Part shown: positions 1-8,032 of the stretch, one piece after another
Position numbering within the stretch: position 1 is the first letter of the stretch
How the letters are laid out: each line of letters begins with the position of its first letter
Source of the DNA: Balanoglossus misakiensis
Taxonomy: Eukaryota > Animalia > Hemichordata
NCBI GenBank assembly: GCA_040954595.2
Contig: CM082588.2
Coordinates: 4,962,156-5,026,155, forward strand
Length of the DNA stretch: 64,000 nt
Direction of reading: 5' to 3'
Translations under genes and position numbers: made by a program
Notes under the pieces: model-generated
Databases searched by the model: none
Seen by the model: the letters and a program-made list of their open reading frames with translations, nothing else
What the model was told of the DNA's origin: nothing

Positions 1-1006
1 CTTCTGTGTGACGATGATTAGCGCCCTCACGTGTGTTGGCTCTGCTTTCTTTCCTCCATGTAGGTTTGTGAGAATCAATATGGTGAAATAAAACGTCATG
101 CTCCATGTCCAGGTTTCTTTTTTATAGAAATCAAGAAATTTTCAACAAATATTGAATGTTTGGAGGCTGAATTAAGTCACGACTTTTACTTGGAGCAGAA
201 CCCTCATCATGTAACTTTATATATAAAGGAGAGGTAATGCCCGCAACTAAACCAGGATGGTTTCATTTTTAGGTGGAAAACTGGTGTGGGTTGGTATTAC
301 GCTTTCTATCGCAAGCAAGGCTTTCATATCCGGGGCATTCAGCATGATTTATGTCTTCACGAGTGAGCTGTTCCCGACATCTGTCAGGTAAGGAATTAGA
401 GTCAGGTTCATTGTGCAAGGGTTTACCCTCAGCTAGACTCAGCTATGTTATCTGGTGGGGTTAAATAAAAAACTAGAACTAAGTCCAGGAATTTACTGCG
501 TAACGCGTGATTTCACTTCACAGGTCAACTGGGGTTAGTCTATGTGCAATGTGTTGTCGAATTGGAGGCATGTTGGCTCCACAGTTCCTATCGATGGCCG
601 ATGTCTGGGCGCAGCTGCCCGCTGTCGTGTTTGGGGGCGCTTCTGTTCTAGCTGGAGTCGCAATTCTCTTTCTACCCGAGACCCGGGGGAAATGTTTGCC
701 CGAAACTATGGACGAGGCGGAACAATTCGGCAAGTATGTATTCGTGCTGTCGGGTGCAGCAATGTATTTTAATGATAAAACAAAGCACGGAAAGAAATGC
801 TTCGATCCATGCGAAGGAATGGTGGTTTGATCACCGTATACATTTGTAAGCTCTGTTTATCATAGATTAATCTCATGTATTTCCTATTTGTTTAATTACC
901 TATCTTTTTCTTGTTTAGGAAACCACTGAAGCCTAACCACATGGACTATTGTGGCGGAAAGATAAGAATGGTTGAAATGGAGGAAGCACCCATTGTATCC
1001 ATTTAG
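1..1006 (+). CDS. SLC22 / organic cation transporter-like MFS protein, 3' exons only (5' partial)
   Basis: Exons <1-59, 273-387, 524-733 and 919-1006 have GT-AG boundaries and compatible phases. They translate to ...FSMIYVFTSELFPTSVRSTGVSLCAMCCRIGGMLAPQ...LFLPETRGKCLPETMDEAE..., with the SLC22 signatures ELFPTxxR and LPETxGxxLPET. TAG at 1004-1006; AATAAA at 1218 and 1351. Confidence 0.9.
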
Positions 1007-1421
1007 CTGTTGCTTGCATTTCAGCAAGACGTTTAGTTATTACGAAGTTGCCGTGGTGATGGATATTCCAATTGCAAACTAACTACAATTCGCAAACCCA
1101 TTCTGATCTTGCCCGTGTTAACTCCTATGTTAAACCTCGGGAAATAATCTTATACTGATGTTTGTCTGTCTGAGACCTGATTAGATTTGGTGAGCGTAGC
1201 TTGCATATTTATGATATAATAAAACATAACGTAAAATTGTAATTCTCAATACATTGTTCTCGCATTAGTACTTGTTGGACACAGAATATTTATGTATTAA
1301 AAATCCCGTATTCGTTTGAAATGTACTTCGTTTGTTATACTGGAGGCAATAATAAAGTCAGTCAGCAGCCATTAAAAAGTTCAACCAAATTTCGCAATAA
1401 CTGTAGGTTTTATATTTTCTT

Positions 1422-2975
1422 CTATCTTTGCAATGAAGTGTATTGATCTTCCTCTCGGGAATGTAAGTCTAACTTTTGATAATTTTCATGCTCGCTGGTT
1501 CCGCCTGAATTGGGGTTTTCATATGCACCATCTACGCTGTCTGGTATGTTAACCATTTGGAGATGTGAAGTATTCGCACCTTGAGGACACTTGTCCTGAC
1601 ATTCTTCGTAGTTGCTGTTAGCATGTGACGATGTGCCATCTGCACGCCTCTTTCTAATGATTATAAAGAGCCAACCGAACAATAGTGTCAGTAGTGACCC
1701 GAATACAAATGATCCCACTATGCCTCCGACCATCTGTGCTGTACTGTACGATGTGGAACATTTCCCCTGTACACACGGCAGACATTGTTCATTTAGATCG
1801 GTCGTTATGTGGCTTGTAACACTCTCCGCCCGTGTACCTGAAATTGTTGTTGTAGTGTCGTCTGTGGAATCTGTGGGTAGTACCAATTCTATGACACTTG
1901 TAGCAATACCTATACCGATCCCATTATCAGCAATGCACATGATTTCATGGTTCATTCCTTCACTGATGTCAAACCCCATAATCTCCAGAGTCATGTTATT
2001 GTAGCTTAGAACAATTGTGCCAGTGGTACCGTTTTGTGCCTCGAAAGTGCTACCATTATACCTCCACTGTATACTGTTCACCGGTGGGTAGCTGCTCACA
2101 TTGCAGACAAGCGTGAAAGTGTAATTTGTATTATATTGTATTTGCACGTGATTCGGCTCGACGTTGACATCAGGCGCAAATTCCAATAGAACATCAAATG
2201 GACCGATACTGCAAGACGTGTTGCTTCTAGCGTACTCACCGGTTGAAAAACCCGGGTGGCTCATTATGCAGTTGAATTGAATTCCAGTGTCAGATCTGTC
2301 TGGTTGCCAGTCATATTTGAGGTTCAAGATTGTTCCGCCCTCTGAATACATGTAAGGTGCGCCAGGCAAAGTTTCACCCGTATTATCATTATACCAGGTC
2401 AGTGATACCTGAGGATAACCAACGTCTGATTGGCACGAAAGCGTATAATTCTGACCTTCTTCAACTTTGATATTATTTGAAGACGACCATTTTGCATCAT
2501 TGAACAGACAAAGTGGGTGACTTACTCTCGGGAGTACATAGATATTAACGTAGGCTACTCGAGATTCTTCGATGACCGTCGTATCGCTTCCGTCTTGTAG
2601 AACTGTACATTGGTAGTCATCACTATCCTCCGCAGCATTTCCCAGGTATATTGGATTGATCTGTAGATTGTAAGTGGAGCTCCCACTTGATGTTGCACCT
2701 GTCATCACTCTGTATCTTCCGGTAGGCACTAATGCACTCCGTATGATGTCATTATCACTGATAACCCTTCCATTTTTCTTCCATGACACTTTGTGGCCAT
2801 TCTGCAGATTGCCGACTGTACAGTCCAACTGTACTGACTTGACACTTGTATCGGCGTGTTGGAATACTACAACCGTGTTGGATGGTTGGACTAGAAACGT
2901 CGCCGATGATAAAACAATGCTATAGAAAGTAGTGAAGAGGCACATAAAGACGTTAAAACTGACACGAGTTTCCAT
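1422..2975 (-). CDS. Single-pass IgSF receptor (signal peptide, 3 Ig domains, TM) with ITAM-like tail; putative activating member of a pair, 517 aa
   Basis: Uninterrupted ORF. Likely start METRVSF precedes a hydrophobic signal peptide. Three Ig folds with C...W...C pattern (D1 LDC/VSW/DxxxYQC). TM MVGGIVGSFVFGSLLTLLFGWLFIII followed by RKRR. Tail has YENP and YQKL-x9-YTSL (1431-1481). The ORF stays open upstream to an ATG at 3071, so the start is not certain. Confidence 0.88.
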   Translation of the reverse strand: METRVSFNVFMCLFTTFYSIVLSSATFLVQPSNTVVVFQHADTSVKSVQLDCTVGNLQNGHKVSWKKNGRVISDNDIIRSALVPTGRYRVMTGATSSGSSTYNLQINPIYLGNAAEDSDDYQCTVLQDGSDTTVIEESRVAYVNIYVLPRVSHPLCLFNDAKWSSSNNIKVEEGQNYTLSCQSDVGYPQVSLTWYNDNTGETLPGAPYMYSEGGTILNLKYDWQPDRSDTGIQFNCIMSHPGFSTGEYARSNTSCSIGPFDVLLEFAPDVNVEPNHVQIQYNTNYTFTLVCNVSSYPPVNSIQWRYNGSTFEAQNGTTGTIVLSYNNMTLEIMGFDISEGMNHEIMCIADNGIGIGIATSVIELVLPTDSTDDTTTTISGTRAESVTSHITTDLNEQCLPCVQGKCSTSYSTAQMVGGIVGSFVFGSLLTLLFGWLFIIIRKRRADGTSSHANSNYEECQDKCPQGANTSHLQMVNIPDSVDGAYENPNSGGTSEHENYQKLDLHSREEDQYTSLQR

Positions 2976-3600
2976 GTTTGGCAACTGCGAGGGATTGACT
3001 GTATGATCATCAATTCCATAAGCGCCACTAAAATAGTCAAACACTTCCGGGTTCAAATGTCGGTTGGGCATTATAATGTTAACAAAAGAATGCTTTGCCC
3101 ACCGTGCGCAAATGCCTGGTGGCGCTTATGGAATCGATGATCATACAGTCAATCCCTCGCAGTTGCCAAACATGGAAACTCGTGTCAGTTTTAACGTCTT
3201 TATGTGCCTCTTCACTACTTTCTATAGCATTGTTTTATCATCGGCGACGTTTCTAGTCCAACCATCCAACACTGTTGTAGTATTCCAACACGCCGATACA
3301 AGTGTCAAGTCAGTACAGTTGGACTGTACAGTCGGCAATCTGCAGAATGGCCACAAAGTGTCATGGAAGAAAAATGGAAGGGTTATCAGTGATAATGACA
3401 TCATACGGAGTGCATTAGTGCCTACCGGAAGATACAGAGTGATGACAGGTGCAACATCAAGTGGGAGCTCCACTTACAATCTACAGATCAATCCAATATA
3501 CCTGGGAAATGCTGCGGAGGATAGTGATGACTACCAATGTACAGTTCTACAAGACGGAAGCGATACGACGGTCATCGAAGAATCTCGAGTAGCCTACGTT
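2547..3600. repeat. Large inverted repeat: 482-bp arms (2547-3028 / 3119-3600) with a 90-bp spacer; weaker homology continues out to about 1812 / 4329
   Basis: Base-by-base comparison of the reverse complement gave 480/482 identity. Paired positions sum to 6147. Confidence 0.95.
2976..3171. promoter_or_regulatory. Putative compact bidirectional promoter and 5' leaders of the two Ig receptor genes
   Basis: Only 196 bp lie between the two divergent ATGs. Contains the palindrome CATTATAATG (3069-3078) and an ETS-type CCGGAAGT on the minus strand (3043-3050). Function is inferred. Confidence 0.55.
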
Positions 3601-5097
3601 GATATTTATATTCTCCCGAGAGTAAGTCACCCATATTGCCTGTTCAATGGTGTAAAATGGCCGACTTCAAGTAATATCATAGTTGAAGGTCAGAATTATA
3701 CGCTTTCGTGCCAATCAGACGTTGGATATTCTCAGGTATCACTGATCTGGTATAAGGATAATACTGGTGTAACTTTGCCTGGCGCACCTGGCACTTATTT
3801 AGAGGGCGGAAAAATCGTGAACCTCGAATATGACTGGCAACCGGACAGATTCGACACCGGAATTCAATTCACCTGCATAATGAACCATCCAGGTTTTTTA
3901 ACCGGTGATTATGATAGAAGCAACAAGTCTTGCAGTATCGGTCCATTTGATGTTCTATTCGAATTTGCGCCTGAAGTCAACGTCGAGCCGAATCACGTGC
4001 AAATAGAATATAATACAAATTACACTTTCACGCTTGTATGCAATGCGAGCAGCTACCCACCGGTGAGCAGTATACAGTGGTCGTATAATGGTAGCACTTT
4101 CGAGACACAAAACGGTACCAGTGGCACAATTGTTCTAAGCTACAATGACATGACTCTGGGGATTATGGGGTTTGACATCAGTGAAGGAATGAATCATGAA
4201 ATCATGTGCATTGCTGATAATGGGATCGGTCAAGGTAATGGTACAAGTGTCATAGAATTGGTACTACCCACATATTCTACAGACGACACTACAATAACAA
4301 CTGGTACAGAGACTGAACGTGTTACAAGCAATATGCCTATTCAGGCAACGATGAACAAGCCATTCAAATTTAACACACTTATGATAGCCATCGTTACTGT
4401 TTCTGGGCTCTTTGTCATACTGGTAATAGTCGCTGTGATTTGGTGCGGCATTGTTCAAAGTAGACGACAGAAACCAGGGCCGAAAACTGATTCTGAAGAC
4501 GTGGGCCTGAGTAAATACCAAGTGGGCGATGACGTCACAAATAGTGATGTTAAAGAGGAGGGTAGTGAAAACCCACTGTTCACTCAAGGGCGCACGTCTG
4601 GCGATGGAGTGGACATGTCAATTGGTGGAGGGTATGCTGACATCCGGGAAATCAGGGGAAGTAGCAGTACCAGTGGCGGGAATACACCACCTGCCGACGA
4701 AGATGTTGCTGCCAACGATGACAATCAACCGGTTGAAGACTCGCCAAAACCCGTCATTTACGCCAGCGTAAACAAGAGCAATAGAAGTAGGCGGGATGTT
4801 TCCGACTCGGAAGGAAAGGAGGAGAAAGAGGAACCTGACAGTGAAAAAGAAAACAAATCTGAGCTGGTTGGCGAGTCTACGAATACCACTGCAGAAGGAT
4901 ATGTTTATGATGACGTCAGCGACCAAACCAACCGTGACAACGAAAACGGTCAATCAACAGAAGTCCAGCCGGACGAAAAAAAATCCCCACCGAAAAATCC
5001 CGAGGAATTGCATTATGCTGAACTGGATTTGAGTAAAGGAGTCAAGCAACCACCAAAGAGCCATGATCCTGTCGAGTATGCACAAATAAAACTGTGA
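3172..5097 (+). CDS. Single-pass IgSF receptor (signal peptide, 3 Ig domains, TM) with ITIM-bearing tail; putative inhibitory member of a pair, 641 aa
   Basis: Uninterrupted ORF with the same ectodomain plan as the minus-strand gene. TM LMIAIVTVSGLFVILVIVAVIWCGIV. Long acidic tail with VIYASV (4753-4770), YVYDDV, LHYAEL (5008-5025) and VEYAQI (5071-5088). In-frame upstream ATGs exist at 3076 and 3112. Confidence 0.9.
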   Translation: METRVSFNVFMCLFTTFYSIVLSSATFLVQPSNTVVVFQHADTSVKSVQLDCTVGNLQNGHKVSWKKNGRVISDNDIIRSALVPTGRYRVMTGATSSGSSTYNLQINPIYLGNAAEDSDDYQCTVLQDGSDTTVIEESRVAYVDIYILPRVSHPYCLFNGVKWPTSSNIIVEGQNYTLSCQSDVGYSQVSLIWYKDNTGVTLPGAPGTYLEGGKIVNLEYDWQPDRFDTGIQFTCIMNHPGFLTGDYDRSNKSCSIGPFDVLFEFAPEVNVEPNHVQIEYNTNYTFTLVCNASSYPPVSSIQWSYNGSTFETQNGTSGTIVLSYNDMTLGIMGFDISEGMNHEIMCIADNGIGQGNGTSVIELVLPTYSTDDTTITTGTETERVTSNMPIQATMNKPFKFNTLMIAIVTVSGLFVILVIVAVIWCGIVQSRRQKPGPKTDSEDVGLSKYQVGDDVTNSDVKEEGSENPLFTQGRTSGDGVDMSIGGGYADIREIRGSSSTSGGNTPPADEDVAANDDNQPVEDSPKPVIYASVNKSNRSRRDVSDSEGKEEKEEPDSEKENKSELVGESTNTTAEGYVYDDVSDQTNRDNENGQSTEVQPDEKKSPPKNPEELHYAELDLSKGVKQPPKSHDPVEYAQIKL

Positions 5098-6433
5098 GCA
5101 CCATTAAAGTTACTTGGTGGGCGTAGTCCCGTCTGCGATTGTTTGTATGGCTCCCATACAACACAGTTATATTTGCTAAAATTGGGGAAGCGAATAATCC
5201 GCGTCACTTTGGCCAAATTACCTTCAAAGCAGAAAGACTGTTTCTATTGAAACTAGAGAATGGATTTGTAAAGTGTCCATCTCTTGATATTGTCTCATTG
5301 TACCCATGACCTCTGGCATATAAAGGTATTCAATACACCGGCACAGTTGCCTGTACAGCCTGTCTGACTATTGGGTGACTTGTCATATCGTACCTGCCAC
5401 TCCCAAATTGCATTGACAAGATATGAGGAACACCTCATATGATAACAAAATGTTAGCAATTACTTTTTTTCGTATTTGAAGCAAGTCATTTTTGACAATC
5501 TGTACTCAGTTTACTTATCAATTGAATGTATTAAATACATTCCTTTTCAATCTTTGATAATGGTAACCAGATAAAAACACAAGCCATGATAAACGTATGC
5601 TCTCAATCAATGTCATCATTACTCAAAAACATGATACTTTCCTCATGTTAACATCTAGATTTAAATAATTTAATTTTGTTGATGTGAATAATCGTTGTAA
5701 TTAGTCCTTTCTTATTTTTACGAGTTTTCAACATCACCATGGTATTGTAATGAAATTCTATATTCAATGCAGTGTTCATTTTATCAAGTAACATATTTGT
5801 TTGTACTCAGTCATTACTATCTTGGGTGTGTTTTATATATATTCAAAATATTTTTTTTGGTGATAACCGGGAATTCAGTTTTCCTTCTTTGTACATGTAA
5901 TAATAAGTATTTTAAATTTTAAATGTGTGTACTAAGTTTTGGAACCTAGAAATGTCCCATAGCGCCATTTCTCGGAAATTGTGTTATTTGAAGAACGAGA
6001 TAACGATGAGTTTATTACATATTCAAGATAATACAATTAAGCTAATTTCTAAATGGAGTTGAGAAATTGTTGATGTAAAATAGGTAAACCCATTACTGTT
6101 GTACTAAGAATATTTTGTAAATTTCACTCGAGCTCGTGTACAACACAATTCATCGAATGATTACACTTTGCAAAGTCTTTGTAAAAATTCTAAAATTTTA
6201 ATGGATTGCCATATTTTGAAAATGAAGGTTTTGGGTGTACGTATCAGACAGGTTGCCAAAAAGGCAACAAAGATAAAGACATCACGAATTTTTATGTATG
6301 GATGAGATGAAAATGGCAGTTTATGATTAAAAATTTCACTTTTTATCTGTCTATTATTTTGCATATATATCATGGTTGTATTCATCAAGTACTAATCATA
6401 TAGGTGTGTCATGTACATGTAGATTGGTACTGA

Positions 6434-6439
6434 AATAAA
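6434..6439 (+). promoter_or_regulatory. Candidate polyadenylation signal of the ITIM receptor gene
   Basis: AATAAA at the end of a 1.3-kb AT-rich stretch after the stop, followed by GT/T-rich sequence. Confidence 0.4.
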
Positions 6440-7898
6440 ATGTAAGAAGTAATGTAAATGTGACGCTTGTGGCTGTACTTTTCTTCCCCTTCTGCGTTGG
6501 AAGAACAAAAAGCACCCACAACAAAGAACAGCCCTAAGTCTATGATCAAAGCAAGCCAAAATCTACATTTGCATTAAACACGAGCTTATCAACGCTATAC
6601 ACTGATGGAAAGCAATTGCAAACGGTGTTTGCAATAAATATTTGAGAGAAAAAGTATGTTTGTCCAAACAAGAGAAATTTACATCTAAATGGTACTTGAA
6701 GGCACACCCATGTCGTTATCTTCCCAGGGTACTGAGAATTTAATGTTGTTTGGTAAAAACGAACAGCTCACCTTTGAACCCGGAAAGTGTTTTGCAAAAA
6801 CAGTTTTATTCCACAGAGAGGTGTACACATTGTTTTCCTGACATGGTTTTAGTGAGAAGTATTTTTTGTTAAATAATGCTAAAGATATAGCTCTCTGAAT
6901 GATAACTACAAAATATCATCAAAACAGGTCATCTCTATTGGAATTTGTGTTTTTCATGTAATCTTAGCTCAAATTGTTGGCTATTTATTCAGTAAGTTTA
7001 TTCTGTGGAACAACTCCAGTTTCTTGTTTTATAAAATGTAATTCCCTAAATTCCCAGTATTCTGCTTGCAAATTTACCATTTATAGGGTGTAACGACCTC
7101 GATTGTAAATAAATTCTAGTCCGGATTTGAATTCAATTTGGAACCAGGAGGCTGCTGACTAAATACAAAGGCTGGGATAATATGCAGAATACAGGGTATT
7201 TCATCATCGTCCTGGGATTAGAATGAAAAACTGCAGTGGATGCGCAAAACAAATATGCCGGGAAGAATCGAACGTTATCACCTGATGAAACTTTAATTTT
7301 CGTATTTCTATCTTAACCATACATGTATGTCTACACTGTTCGCATGTATTTATTTCCAGCTTCAAATAGGGTCGCCCTACTTTTCTCCCGTGTTTTCAAA
7401 AAATAAAAATAAAAATAGCCTGAAGAGTGTAGCTGAGGAGACCTTGTGAACCCGGAAAAAGTTTCAAACACAAAGAACAACTGTTGGAAGGCAAACACCG
7501 TGCTAACTCCTAATTGAATGTGCAATTTCTCTAAGACTGACTTCTGACCCCACCCTTTTATACTGGGTCTGCTATCAATGGCACCGAAGCCTTTCAATAG
7601 GCTAGGGTTTTAATGTTCAGGTCAACTGTCAGATGCTGCCGTCAGTACCAGATCTTTCTACTTAGATCGTGGTTCTTTTCACAGGAAACATTTAATGCCC
7701 CGGCCTGTACATATTTTTGTATAGGTTTATATTCATCATGTTTAAGCTAGCAGTGCATGTTACCGACACGCATGACAGACCAAGTTCACTGATATCGTGA
7801 TAATTGGCCGAATTTGGTGCACAAAATTCAGTTCATAAAATTCCACCGGTTGACGTAGTGGGCGCTATTTTCAGTATGTTGTTAGTTGAGGCAGTGTG

Positions 7899-7978
<80 letters not shown>

Positions 7979-8032
7979 CCACCACCACCATCGCCACCAT
8001 CACCACCATCACCACAAACACCACCACCATCA
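7899..8032. repeat. (CAT)n microsatellite grading into (CAC)n
   Basis: Pure CAT run 7899-7976, then imperfect CAC/CAT triplets. Confidence 0.97.

Noticed and set aside
2674-3473. Twin 83-aa ORFs (2674-2925 plus, 3222-3473 minus)
   Set aside because: Antisense shadows of the identical Ig domain 1 coding arms.
3172-3600. Orthology to Siglecs
   Set aside because: Domain 1 has DDYQCTV, without the F-strand arginine Siglecs use to bind sialic acid, and it has a canonical B-F cysteine pair. The resemblance is in organisation and tail motifs only.
1422-5097. The inverted duplication as a fold-back assembly or amplification chimera
   Set aside because: The copies have graded divergence, a codon-sized indel, two intact ORFs and different coherent tails, which an artefact would not produce. 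Only the near-identity of the inner arms still needs read-level confirmation.
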